64,000 bases of DNA from Scyliorhinus canicula (Eukaryota). Where the stretch lies: assembly GCF_902713615.1 (NCBI RefSeq), contig NC_052172.1, positions 12,752,185 to 12,816,184 on the forward strand, read 5' to 3'. The notes beneath the pieces are model-generated. The model did not search any database. It had not been told where the DNA came from and worked only from the letters and a program-made list of their open reading frames with translations. Positions 48,043-60,877 of this stretch are shown one piece after another (position 1 is the first letter of the stretch; the number at the start of each line of letters is the position of its first letter). The position numbers were made by a program, and so were the translations under genes.

Positions 48043-49119
48043 TCAGGAAAAATGTGTGTTTCTAAGCAAACCAAGAAGAATGCATTGCTGGATCTGCTTC
48101 TGGGTAACCAACACTGGGGTGGAATGCCAGGCCATGTTCAGCCAGAAGGCAAAGGTGATGGAGTGAAGGGTGTGCAGGAAGAGTCGGCATAGAAAACCCT
48201 CTGCCACCCTGTATGTTGCAGGCTCTGGTCACCCTGTCAGCAAGGACTTTACTCTCTGCCAGCTGAATCAGCGCATGTGGGAAGGAGATTCCTGAGCAAC
48301 GGCTCCTGGAAGATAACATAATAATAATCTTTATTGTCACAAGTAGGCTTACATTAACATTGCAATGAAGTTACTGTGAAAATCCCCTAGTCACCACACT
48401 CCGGCGTCTGTTCGGGTACACAGAAGGAGAATTCAGAATGTCCAACGGAGCACCCGGAGGAAACCCACGCAGACACAGGGGAGAACGGGCACACTCCGCA
48501 CGGACAGTGACCCAAGCCGGGAATCGAACCTGGGACTATCTATTCCAACAATAATAACCATCTGCTCCCACAAAGTCTAAAGGTGGCCATGAACCCATTG
48601 TCGACTGCTGGATCGGGGAGGACCCCAGTTGATGGAAACCATTTGCCAGACTCTTCACAGATCCCAGGAAAAGACAGAGAGCGCCCTGTGAGGGTACACA
48701 ATGGTACCCCAGGGTTACAAACAGGAACTGTATGTCGCAATTGAGGCCATGCAGCCGATGGAAGAAATATGTGTGAATTATCTGAGGCGGTGTGGAGCAA
48801 AATATCAACCACCTCTGGCCTTGGGAGCTCAAATTCTATCCCTAAAGCTGCCTTGTGTGGTAACAATTATTGATTACAAAAAATAGCGAAGCATAAAAAT
48901 CATTACGTCAGTGGTTGATTTCAGTTTGAAATTACATCCATGGGCTTCAAGATTTTCACAGTCCATCAATTTACTCGCCAGGCAGTGTCAGTTGTCAAAC
49001 AAAGCACTTTGCAAAGCGTCGCACACGTTACTCCGTCTATGCATGAAGTACGAACAATCTTCCAAAACAACTATTTGAAACATAGTTTTGCTTTTCCCTT
49101 TGAAAAATGAGTACTGCGG

Positions 49120-49345
49120 ACAACATAGAAGTAGACAGCAACTGGCGGGGGCTTTTTACAAAGAATGGAGAGTTTTTTTCACAAATGTGAAGGTTTGATA
49201 TGTCTGGTGAGCATCACAAGTTTCATGGCGCACAATTTGAATCATCAATCTTTGGTGATGCATTCTAATTATGGCAGCGACTGAGGAGAGGGTGAGAGAA
49301 GATGAGCACATCACGGCTAATTTAAAAGCCCAGCAAAATCCAGAT
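49120..49345 (+). pseudogene. Degraded hAT (GTF2IRD2/Charlie-like) transposase N-terminal remnant
   Basis: Frameshifted EW..FFTNVK..ICL...NLNH...EERV...NLKAQQN. Confidence 0.4.
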
Positions 49346-51661
49346 GTGGCCCTCACGCCCTCACTCCTGAGCTAGAAAGAACCTCCACTTGTCTCTGCAG
49401 GGTACCCTGGATATTAAGACACGGCGTAGCCAGACCACCCTCCCTAAACTGGCGATGTAGAAGCACCACAGAACCGCAATGCATCCTTTAGTCCAGAAGA
49501 AGTCAAACTTGGGGAGTGGAATCAAAGTGACCGACAGTATTGAAATGAAAATCGCTTATTGTCACAAGTAGGCTTCAAATGAAGTTACTGTGAAAAGCCC
49601 CTAGTCGCCGCATTCCGGCGCCTGTTCGGGGAGGCTGGCATGAGAATTGAACCGTGCTGCTGGCCTGCCTTGGTCTGCTTTAAAAGCCAGCTCTTTATCC
49701 CTGTGCTAAACCAGCCCCTGTAGTGTTTAGCTCCGAAACCAGCTAAGGACCCTGACCCGTCAATCACATTTGCCGCACCCCCTGGAGTAGGATCTGTTCT
49801 GCTGTCGCTACCATGATGTATATTGCTTCAATAGCTTGAAGCAGCACTGTTGAGGTTATTAAGAAGTATTTATTAACTACATCAGGTAAGGTGAGGATCC
49901 CATACTAGCCATCCAGGACAAAGCAGCCCCGCTTGATTGGCACCCCTTCCACAAACATTCACTTCCTCCACCACTGACACACAGTGGCAACCGTGTGCAC
50001 TGTCTACACCGTCTACGTATACTGCAGTAACTCACCAAGGCTCCTTAAGTAGAAACGTCCAAACCCACGATCTCTACCATCTATAAAGACAAGAGCAGCA
50101 CATACCTGGGAACACCACCACCTGGAAGTTCCCCTCCCAGTCACTCACCATCCCGACTTGGATAGATATCGGCCGTTCCTTCACTGTCGCTGGGTCAAAA
50201 TCCTGGACCTCCATCCCTAACAGCACTGCGGGTGTACCTACACCACATGGACTGCAACAGTTCAAGAAGGCAGCTCATCACCACCTTCTCAAGGGGCAAT
50301 TAGGGATGGGCAATAAATGCTGGCATCACCCACAACACCCACATCCCATGAATTAATCAAAAAGAAAGGTCCTTACATGTTGCTACCCACCCTTTCACCC
50401 TAGGTCATGTGACTTCTTACATCACCATGCGGGCGGTATGCCCCACGTTAACCCTTTCAGTACCAGATCTGTACGGCTTAACTAATTTTAAAAGTTACAT
50501 TTCATGACAGACTGCCTATAATGATTGGAACTGGGCAGTTCAAGTCAATTAAGCAAAAGGAGGAATTTTCTTATTAAAGAACACGGCATCTTTCACAACG
50601 TCAAGATGAACCAAAGTACTATGGAGCCAATTAAGTACTTTTCAAGTGTAGCCACTGTTGTCAGAGGAGGACTTACACTTTTGGGGGCCTTGCCCTCTCT
50701 GTACTTTCATGGGGGCCTCTTGGTGTCGTGGCGACCCTCCCCCATTGATGTCAATGCCCACCTGACCCCGGGTACCCCCAACTCACATAATGCAAGTCAC
50801 AGAAACCCAGATTGGGTTGACAGATTGGCTGTTGCAGTGTCTTTAACTTATGACAACAGCAAGCTTGTACTGTAGCTGATGAGGGGTGGCACTGTGGTTA
50901 GCACTGTTGCTTCACCACGCCAGGGTCCCAGGTTCGATTCCTGGCGCGGGTCACTGTCTGTGTGGAGTCAGCACGTTCTCCCAGTGTCTGCGTGGGTTTC
51001 CTCCGGATGCTCCGGTTTCCTCCCACAAGTTCCGAAAGACGTGCTTGTTAGGTGAATTGGACATTCTGAATTCTCCCTCTGTGTACCTGAACAGGCGCCG
51101 GAATGTGGCGACTCGGGAATTTTCACAGTAACTTCATTGCTGTGTTGATGTAAGCCTACTTGTGTTACTAATCAAGGTTATTATTAAATTGTGATGCACA
51201 GTATGTGCAGAATACGGAACCCCCAAATCACTGCTTGACACCCAATTCTTTTTTTTTCAATGAAGGGACAATTTAGCTTGGCCAATCCACCTAACCTGCA
51301 CATCTTTGGGTTGTGTCAAGCATACACGGGGAGAATGTGCAAACTCCACACAGACAGTGACCCGGGGCTGGGATCGAACCCGGGTCCTTGGCATGGCGAG
51401 GCAGCAGGGCTAGTCACTGCACCACCATGCCACCCGCTGTCAGCTCTTTAATTATCATAGATGTCATAGAATCCCCACAGTGCAGAAGGAGGCCATTCAG
51501 CCCATCAAGTCTACACTCCCCCTCTGAAAGAACACCCTAACTAGGCCCACTCATCTGCCCTATCCCTGTAACCCCATAACCCCACCTAGCCTTTGGACAC
51601 TAAGGAGCGATTAATCATGGCCAATCCACCTAACCTGCACATCTTTAACTGTGGGAGGAAA

Positions 51662-53801
51662 CGTGACGCGACTTTTCGTCCGGCGTCACTTTGTCCAATG
51701 TCACTTCGTCCACGTCTTTTGGTCCTACGTCTTTTTGTCCGCACGTCTTTTTGTCCGCACGTCTTTTTGTCCGATAATTTTTTTGTCCAAAGACTTTTTG
51801 TCCAATTGTAAACAAACTCCTTAGAAAACAAGGTATAATATCTTGCACAATATCTTTGTGTATAATGCACAAAACTATAACGAGCCTCGTTAAAGGATAG
51901 TTATTACCGTTCTCTTTCCGTTCAGTTGTTATTGTATTGTTAAAACCTCATGATAAAGTAGTGTACTCATTCTCTCTCTTTGAAATTGCTAAAATTAAAT
52001 GTAAACTTTCTGAATTTGCCCATCCCGAAATGGCAAAGTTCATTGTGTCGACCAAGAACAAAAGAAAAGTAGTTGATGAAAGTAATTACATCTACGATTT
52101 TCATTCAAGCAGTACAGAACTAGGAAAAGAATACTGGAGATGTGAGAAAAGAAGGCTGTGTTCAGTGCGGATTCACACGGTAACGGAAAACAATGAGCCG
52201 AAAATTATTTCTTTTTCTAGTGAGCACCTTCATCCAGCTGATGTAGATTCGTTAAATGCTAGAAAAGCAGTTGCAGAAATAAAGCATGAAGCAGTGGAAA
52301 ACATAGCAGCAAGTTCGCGTAGCATACTAGCGGCCAAGTTTACGCAACTAACAGAAAATACTTGCTCTCAACTTCCTAGGTTGCCCGTCGTCTCAAGGAC
52401 TATTCAAAGATGCCGACAAAAAAATTCTGGATTTCCCGCTAATCCAGCGGCTAGACATGGTTTTGAAATACCTGACGAATATTGTAAACTTGATAATGGC
52501 GAACAGTTTCTGACATACGATTCGGGCGTCGAGGATCAACAGCACTTACTAGTATTTGCATCAGAAAGTGCTCTTCAGGATATAGCATCATATCGTCATT
52601 GGTCATGTGATGGAACCTTCAAGATTGTGCCAGAACAGTGGTTTCAACTGTTTTGCATTCATGTACAAGTTAAAGGTAGCAGTTTTCCACGGGTCTTTGC
52701 ATTAATGCCGAATAAAACAAAGCAGACATACGAATTGTTTTTTGAGCAATTGAAAATTATGCAACCTAATGCAGATCCGCTTGATATCATGGCAGATTTC
52801 GAAGTTGCAGTTCACAAGGCATTTAATGCATCATTCCTTAATTCATCTGTCGTGGCATGTTTGTTTCATTTCAGCCAATCAGTGTTTCGAAAAATTACAG
52901 ATTTAGGCCTCAAAGAAAAATACAACACAGACTCTGAATTCTGTCTTAAAATTCGATGTTTCTCAGCATTAGCTTTCCTCCCCGTTGAAGATGTCGAAGA
53001 GGCTTATGAAGATTTGATAGACGATGAAGAAATACCTGCTGAATTCATCGTTTACTTCGACTTGACTTACATAGGCATTGCGAGAGATCGTGGTGCTAGA
53101 CAAAGGAGAGAACCACCTACATTCCCGACAGCTGTATGGAATGTTAATCAGCGTGTTCTACAAGATCTACCGAGAACAAATAATGCTGCTGAGGGGTTTC
53201 ATTCTGCGATAAAGCGTTCGGCGGGTGGAGCTCATTTGAATATCTGGAGGTTAATCAAAACTCTGAAGGAAGAGGAAGGGTTGGTTAAAGGCAAAAAGAC
53301 TCAAATTCTTCGGCGAGATCCGTCAAATTCATGTACGCGATATAAAAAATTAACTGAACGCCTCAAAAGATTGGTCACTGAATATGGTTCAACAGGAAAA
53401 AATGATTTTTTGAGGAATGTGGCATATAATTTGCATCAATTTTAAGTGATATCTTATCACTTTTAGTAATTTTTAGTAATAAGTTAACTTTTAGATAGTT
53501 AAATGTTATTACTTTTCTTAAATAACTTTTTTTATAAATACATCTTTCCACTGTATTTTACTTGTATTTTATCAATAAAAGTCTCATAATAAATCATTAG
53601 TTCTGTGAATCTATCATTGAAGATATTATACCTTGTTTTCTACGGAGTTTATTTACAATTGGACAAAAAGTCGTTGGACAAAAAAAACATTGGACAAAAA
53701 GACGTAGGACCAAAAGACGTGCGGACAAAAAGACGTAGGACCAAAAGACGTGGACGAAGTGACGTTGGACGAAGTGACGTCGGACGAAAAGACATAGCAC
53801 C
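51662..53801 (+). mobile_element. Full-length Mutator-superfamily (MULE, Phantom-like) DNA transposon, 2140 bp
   Basis: TIRs 51662-51844 and 53620-53801 containing ~15-bp subrepeats; 9-bp TSD GGGAGGAAA (51653-51661, 53802-53810); splits a V-SINE. Confidence 0.95.
52030..53445 (+). CDS. FLYWCH zinc finger plus MULE DDE transposase, 471 aa, intronless and uninterrupted
   Basis: YWRC-x5-C...EHLH (FLYWCH); WSCDGTFK (D1), IMADFE (D2), CLFH (CxxH), RTNNAAEGFH (E); AATAAA signals at ~53574-53593. Confidence 0.93.
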   Translation: MAKFIVSTKNKRKVVDESNYIYDFHSSSTELGKEYWRCEKRRLCSVRIHTVTENNEPKIISFSSEHLHPADVDSLNARKAVAEIKHEAVENIAASSRSILAAKFTQLTENTCSQLPRLPVVSRTIQRCRQKNSGFPANPAARHGFEIPDEYCKLDNGEQFLTYDSGVEDQQHLLVFASESALQDIASYRHWSCDGTFKIVPEQWFQLFCIHVQVKGSSFPRVFALMPNKTKQTYELFFEQLKIMQPNADPLDIMADFEVAVHKAFNASFLNSSVVACLFHFSQSVFRKITDLGLKEKYNTDSEFCLKIRCFSALAFLPVEDVEEAYEDLIDDEEIPAEFIVYFDLTYIGIARDRGARQRREPPTFPTAVWNVNQRVLQDLPRTNNAAEGFHSAIKRSAGGAHLNIWRLIKTLKEEEGLVKGKKTQILRRDPSNSCTRYKKLTERLKRLVTEYGSTGKNDFLRNVAYNLHQF

Positions 53802-55044
53802 GGGAGGAAACCGGAGCACCCGGAGGAAACCCACGCAGACACAGGGAGAGCGTGCAAACTCCTCACAGTCACCCGACGCCGGAGTCGAACCCGAGTCCCT
53901 GGCACTGTGAGGCAGCAGTGCTAACCATTGTGCCACACGTGCTGCCCAAGCCAACAAACTCATAACATGGCAGGGGCTGGTTTAGCTCACTGGGCTAAAT
54001 CACTGGCTACGAAAGCAGGCCAGCAGCACGGTTCTATTCTCGTACCAGCCTCCCCGAACAGGCGCCGGAATGTGGCGACTAGGGGCTTTTTACAGTCACT
54101 TCATTTGAAGCCTACTTGTAACAATAAGTGATTTTCATATTGTTATTGTACTGTTGTCAGCATTAATTATTAATTAATTAATAATCTTTATTGTCACAAG
54201 TAGGCTTACATTAACACTGCAATGAAGTTACTGTGAAAAGCCCCTAGTCGCCACATTCCGGCGCCTGTTCGGATACACAGAGGGAGAATTCTGAATTTCC
54301 AAATTACCTCACAGCACGTCTTTCGGGACTTGTGGGAGGAAACCGGAGCACCCGGAGGAAACCCACACAGACACGGGGAGAATGTGCAGACTCTGCACAG
54401 ACAGTGACCCAAGCCGGGAATCGAACCTGGGACCTTGGCACTGTGAAGCAACAGTGCTAACCACTGTGCTACCGTGCTGCTCCACTTGAACGTCCTCCCA
54501 AAATTCCTCATCTAACTCTGTCTGCGTTGGTCTCACTCCCACAACCCAAAAAGATGTGCAGGTAGTTGAACTGGCCACGCTAAATTGCCCTTAATTGGAA
54601 ACAAAGAATTGGGTACTTTAATTTTTTTTTCAATCATTCAGTAAGATCAGGGCTGATGCCCTACCACCACTTTTACTTCCCTGCCCTGCCCCCTGATGGC
54701 TCTGGGGCGGCACGGTGGTTAGCACTGCTGCCTCCCAGCGCCAGAGTCCCAGGTTCGATTCCCGGCTTGGGTGACTGTCTGTGTGGAGTTTGCACGTTCT
54801 CCGTGTGTCTGCGTGGGTTTCCTCCGGGTGCTCCGGTTTCCTCCCATTGTGCAAAGATGTACAGGTTAGGTGGATTGGCCACGCTAATTTGCCCCTTAGT
54901 GTCCAAAAGGTTCGGTGGGGTTACTGGGTTACGGAGAAAGGGTGGTGGTGTGGGCTTAAGTGGGGTGCTCTTTACAAGGGCCTGTACAGACTCGATGGGC
55001 CGAATGGCCTCCTTCCGCACTGTAAATTCTATGATAGTCATTTA

Positions 55045-55420
55045 GAATTTCCATGACAAAACCTTTAACTGAAGCGAACAATTGTGAAACATTTAATAGA
55101 GTTGTACCAACGTTTTGCAGTGATTTGCTGACAGCATTGATTCTTTGAAGGATACAGTTCCACAAAACAGTGAAGGCTGCATTTCCGGCACTTTCAAACT
55201 CCTCTACGTGGTTTCTCTGATTTCGATGTGGCTGCGCCTGATAATCGCTCTACAACTTCACCATTGCTGGTCTCACATCTTAAAATTAATGTTCATTAGT
55301 CCACGTGATTGACATCACTATTATTATGGATTAGTATTTGGCATCTTTGACTTCTGTAATGATTTGTTTTCTGATCCACTCTGCCATTGCAGCGATGAAG
55401 TCATCGTACGTTCTGTACGC
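55045..55420 (-). pseudogene. Degraded hAT (ZMYM1-like) transposase remnant
   Basis: Fragments DFIAAMAEWIRKQIITEVKDAKY*SII and LWNCILQRINAVSKSLQ, with stops and deletions. Confidence 0.55.
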
Positions 55421-55524
55421 TCAACACATTTGAATGAGCCTATCAGGAAATTCAGAGCTATCAGGCTCTGATTGGTATTCCCACACAGTAGTCACCTCTC
55501 AGTAGTCCTACAAGGCTGACTCCT

Positions 55525-55775
55525 AATTTTCTTTTTTTTTCTTCTTTTTAAAAAAAATAATTTTTATTGACATTTTTACAAAATATAAACATCTTAACTC
55601 TATTAACAAACAACCGCGGTAACACCCCATGAACAATACCCCCCCAACTTCAAGAGCAACTTCAAACAAAAGGAAAAAGAAAAAAACAAAAGAGCACCCA
55701 AACAACAAAAGGGAAAGAAATAGCACCCGCCACATCCCTCAGACCCATGTACACAGTTCTCCCTCCCGCCAATCC
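55525..55775 (-). mobile_element. L1 3' UTR fragment
   Basis: Near-identical to 43600-43830. Confidence 0.8.
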
Positions 55776-55779
55776 TCCC

Positions 55780-56860
55780 CATGGAGACCTGGGCCGAGTG
55801 GCATTCAGTACCAGATGAATGAAAGGAGACTGTGGAGGACGTTGGCTGGTTCCCTGAGCAGACTGTCAGAGCTATCTGGCAGAACGCCTCATCACCAGAA
55901 CTTACAAACAAGCACCAAGACCTAGCTTGGCTGGTGGTGAGAAGGGCCTTCCCTGTCAGATTCTTCATGTACACCCGAAGGCTCAGCACCGTCGCACGCT
56001 GCCCTCGGGGTGGCTGTGGGGGAAATGAGACAGTCACCCACCTCCTTGTGGAATGTGCCTTTGCAAAGAAGGTCTGGAGAGAGATGCGGTGGTATCTGTC
56101 AAGGTTCATCCCGAGCAGCTCTGTGACACAGGACTCTGTGCTCTACGGACTGTTTCCAGGGACACACACCGAGACAAACATCAACTGCTGCTGGAAGGTC
56201 ATCAACAAGGGGCTAGTTTAGCTCACTGGGCTAAATCGCTGGCTTTTAAAGCAGACCAAGCAGGCCAGCAGCACGGTTCGATTCCTGTACCAGCCTCCCC
56301 GAACAGGTGCTGGAATGTGGCGACTAGGGGCTTTTCACAGTAACTTCATTGAAGCCTACTCGTGACAATAAGCGATTTTCGATTTTTCAGTTTTTCAACT
56401 CGGTGAAAGACGCTCTTTGGCCTGCCCGAAACGTGCTGATCTTCCAGTGCAAAGAATTGTCCTCGACCGAGTGTTGCAGACTGGCACATTCCAAGGTCCA
56501 GGCCTATGTGCTGAGGGACGCACTCAAGCTTGGGGCAGCTGCCGCCAAGGCACAATGGGGAAAGACCACTGTGTAAGGTCTCACCAGCAAATGTACACCG
56601 AGGGGGGGGCGGTAACAGTGCAAAACCCCTCTGTCCGTGTCTTCAATACTCCAATGTATAAAAGAAACACGACAATGTCAATATTTAAGAAAGGACTGTA
56701 ACGTAAAGAAGGATATGTGTGTAATGTCATCCCAATTGAATGGAAGAAAGACAAGTGAATGTGTAACTTTGATGGAAATGTACAGTCAAGACAATTTGAA
56801 ATGTTCTGTAATGTTTATTGGAGATTTTATGAATAAAGTATATTTTTTGGGGGAAAAAAA
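55780..56860 (+). mobile_element. Tx1-like LINE 3' end (zf-RVT region) split by a short SINE (~56208-56385)
   Basis: CPRGGCGGNETVTHLLVEC...CWKVIN, resuming as SVKDALW...RDALKLG after the SINE; AATAAA at ~56832. Confidence 0.8.
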
Positions 56861-59688
56861 CAGACGAATGATGCTTGTGGGGGTCTCCCAGGGGATTGGA
56901 GGCCCCTAGGTGCATGTGTTGGGCAGGGTGGTACCCTGGCACTGTTGGTGCCACCTGGGTAGGTACCAGCCTGGCACCTGGCCCAGGTGGCATTGCCCAG
57001 GTGGCACTGCCAGCTTTCAGGGCTATGGAGTGGTGAGCTGGGGACCCTCCCATGGTGCAATGGATCTTCTAAACTTCAATCAAGTCAACCCCCCCCCCCC
57101 CCCCACCCACCCACCTACCCCCACCCTCCTAAACTCAATGTGTGGAGATACCGGCGTTGGATTGGGGCGGGCACAGTAAGAGATCTTACAACACCAGGTT
57201 AAAGTCCAACAGGTTTGTTTGGAATCACCAGCTTGATGATGAGCTACCCTCCAAATAAACCTCCTGGACTTTAACCTGGTCTTCTACACTCTAGTGGACA
57301 CAAGCCAGGTCTGTCCAACCTGTCCTCATGAAACAACCCACTTGTTCCAGGCGTAAATCAAATAAACCTCCTCTGAAGTGCCTCCATCGTCCCTTAAATA
57401 AGGAGACCAAAACTGCACAAGTGTTCAAAATGTGGTCTCACCAATGCCCCATAAACAGAAGCATAATAGCCTTGCTTTTATCTTCGTCTTGTAATAAAGG
57501 ATAGCATTCCATTAGCCTTCTTAATATTCTTTTAAAGGCAGCGTAGCTAATCAAAATCACTCCCTGTAGTAGCAAGTTCCACATTCTACCCACTCTCTGA
57601 GCCAATGCACTTCTCCTGAATTCCCTACTGGAGTCATTAATGATGAGTCATTGGCATGTAGCATTTTACTTGCTGGGTAATGAGAGTCCCATTTGTCCTC
57701 GACTGAGATTTCCTTCTTTATTATCCGTGCCTGACCCGCTTAACCTCGCATCTCATTGGCACTGACGTTGGCTCTTTTGAAGTTCTTTATCCGAGTAATT
57801 AGTTTGGGCTATTGGTTTAAACGATCAGGCCATGTTCTAATCCCCGTGATACACTCCTGCTGCAGCTACCATTCTCAGCAGACAATCGGGGACGCCTGGC
57901 AGATTGAGATGTGAGTCAACTTGCTTGTTATCTTTGACGCATCCAATTCTTGGGGTCAGGAAACTGTCATTTTATTCGCTAGCTCAGGATGGGCCATTCT
58001 CACTTCATGTTTGGTGGTTTAAGCTCCCCGCCCTATGACCTTTCTTCTTGCATTTTGTTATTACTTAAGAGTGTGGTTAACACTGGGAAGCCAGCAGTTA
58101 TTGCCTATGTGTCCAGTGAGTACTTAGACACAAAACACTGTTGCCAGAGTCCCATGTAGGCTTAACTAAGTTGGACTGATTCCCTTTCCTAAAGGGTGCT
58201 AGAGATTCGGCTGTCTTGTCATGGTGATCTGGTGGCTTTCATGGGCATTGTCCAGCGTGAGTCCACAGATGACCAGATATATTGAATTTAATTAATAAAC
58301 TGTTATGTTTGGAATGACGCAATGGTTAGCACTGCTGCCCCACGGCGCCGAGGCTTGGGTTCGATCCCGGCCGCGGATCACTGTCCACGTGGTGTTTGCA
58401 CATTCTCCCCGTGCTTGTGTGGGTCACACCCCCACGTCCCAAAGATGTGCAGGGTAGGTGGATTGGCCATGCTAAATTGCCCCTTCAGTGGAAAAAAAGA
58501 ATGGGGCACTTTAAATTTGTTTAAAAAAATATTTTGAAAACTGTCATGGCGGGATGAAGATCCGCAGGTACATTCACAGCCGGGTGTTCCTGGATTGGGA
58601 GCTTGTAGTGTCCATGGGTACCGTTGAGACCTTCCGTGCCCGATGGGCACCGCAGGGGATAGAGTGCTTTATTGATCCATTTAATCACATTTCAGTTTGA
58701 CCTTTTAATGTTCCATTTAGGGGCAGCACGGTAGCATTGTGGATAGCACAATCGCTTCACAGCTCCAGGGTCCCAGGTTCGATTCCGGCTTGGGTCACTG
58801 TCTGTGTGGAGTCTGCACAGCCTCCCAGTGTGTGCGTGGGTTTCCTCCGGGTGCTCCAGTTTCCTCCCACAGTCCAAAGATGTCCAGGTTAGGTGGATTG
58901 GCCATGATAAATTGCCCTTAGTGTCCAAAATTTCCCTTAGTGTTGGGTGGGGCTACTGGGTTATGGGGATAGGGTGGCGGTGTTAACCTTTGGTAGGGCG
59001 CTCTTTCCAGGAGCCGGTGCAGACTCGATGGGCCGAATGGCCTCCTTCTGTGCTGTAAATTCTATGAATCTATGAATTTGTTTTTGTTTGAGGCGGTATC
59101 TCTTTAAGGGGCCGCCCCTTTAAATTTGTCCCTCAGTTTATTTAATTTAGTTTATTTGGTTCAATTAAAATAGTTGGAGTAGGATTGGTGGATGCATGGT
59201 GTGGTGAACCAGGTTTTTAAATTAATCCTTGGTGTGAGTGTCAATGGAAATGCCACCACTAATTGCCCGCGAGACGATAATTTGCTGGGTCTTTACAGAA
59301 GACAGGGCCGGCCATATTGCCATGGGTCGTAGGTCAGGCCTGTGAAGAGTGGCAGATTTCTTTCCCTAAAGGATACCACATGGGTTTTCAAAACAATCTG
59401 ATCATTTCCAGATCATTATTAATGAGCCAATATATTAATGTATCCCAATGTAATAATCTATTGAGTTTCATTTTCATCTACTGCCATGGGTGGAATTTGA
59501 ACCCAGGCCTCAGACCATTGGTCCAGGCCTGGGGACGACCACGATAAACTTCCCGCTTCAAAAGTAAAGATTGACTCCCATCACAGGCTTTCCTGAGCTG
59601 GAGGGACAAATGGACAAACTCGCGGAACAGGCAGGCTGCAGTGAGTGATGGACTGACAGATGCAGGATGCAGACTTTGATGAATGATG

Positions 59689-60802
59689 GATGGAGTGACA
59701 GACCCGGGTTACAGGCTGGGATGGAGTGACAGAGCTGGGTTACAGGCTGGGATGGAGTGACAGAGCCGGGTTACAGGCTGGGATGGAGTGACAGAGCCGG
59801 GTTACAGGCTGGGATGGAGTGACAGAGCCGGGTTACAGGCTGGGATGGAGTGACAGAGCCGGGTTACAGGCTGGGATGGAGTGACAGAGCCGGGTTACAG
59901 GCTGGGATGGAGTGACAGAGCCGGGTTACAGGCTGGGATGGAGTGACAGAGCCGGGTTACAGGCTGGGATGGAGTGACAGAGCCGGGTTACCGGCTGGGA
60001 TGGAGTGACAGAGCCGGGTTACAGGCTGGGATGGAGTGACAGAGCCGGGTTACAGGCTGGGACAGTGACCGAGCCGGGTTACAGGCTGGGATGGAGTGAC
60101 AGAGCCGGGTTACAGGCTGGGATGGAGTGACAGAGCCGGGTTACAGGCTGGGATGGAGTGACAGAGCCGGGTTATAGGCTGGGATGGAGTGACAGAGCTG
60201 GGTTACAGGCTGGGATGGAGTGACAGAGCCGGGTTACAGGCTGGGATGGAGTGACAGAGCCGGGTTACAGGCTGGGATGGAGTGACAGAGCCGGGTTACA
60301 GGCTGGGATGGAGTGACAGAGCCGGGTTACAGGCTGGGATGGAGTGACAGAGCCGGGTTACAGGCTGGGATGGAGTGACAGAGCCGGGTAATAGGCTGGG
60401 ATGGAGTGACAGAGCCGGGTTACAGGCTGGGATGGAGTGACAGAGCCGGGTTACAGGCTGGGATGGAGTGACAGAGCCGGGTTACAGGCTGGGATGGAGT
60501 GACAGAGCCGGGTTACAGGCTGGGATGGAGTGACAGAGCCGGGTTACAGGCTGGGATGGAGTGACAGAGCCGGGTTACAGGCTGGGATGGAGTGACAGAG
60601 CCGGGTTACAGGCTGGGATGGAGTGACAGAGCCCGGTTACAGGCTGGGATGGAGTGACAGAGCCGGGTTACAGGCTGGGATGGAGTGACAGAGCCGGGTT
60701 GCAGGCTGGGATGGAGTGACAGAGCCGGGTTACAGGCTGGGATGGAGTGACAGAGCCGGGTTACAGGCTGGGATGGAGTGACAGAGCCGGGTTACAGGCT
60801 GG
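59689..60802. repeat. Highly homogeneous 31-bp tandem repeat, ~36 copies
   Basis: Unit GGATGGAGTGACAGAGCCGGGTTACAGGCTG. Confidence 0.97.
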
Positions 60803-60804
60803 GT

Positions 60805-60877
60805 TAGCAGCTCCGCCTCTTGCTGGCTGCAGTCAGACAGACAGAGGAACCCGGAGCCGCTGCTGAGCTGTGTGTGG
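60805..60877 (+). other. Possible non-coding first exon of a divergent gene
   Basis: GC-rich UTR-like unique sequence ending in consensus donor G|GTAAGT (60878-60883), followed by a CpG-containing stretch. Confidence 0.35.

Noticed and set aside
48536-48886. Short ORFs in unique-looking sequence
   Set aside because: No recognisable motif or splice structure.
51662-51844. CRISPR-like appearance of short repeats beside a nuclease-like ORF (also the 31-, 40- and 69-bp arrays)
   Set aside because: No unique spacers and no cas genes in a eukaryotic context; these are TIR subrepeats and satellites.
51937-52029. Track start of the transposase at a TTG
   Set aside because: Eukaryotic element; the first ATG at 52030 directly precedes the FLYWCH domain.
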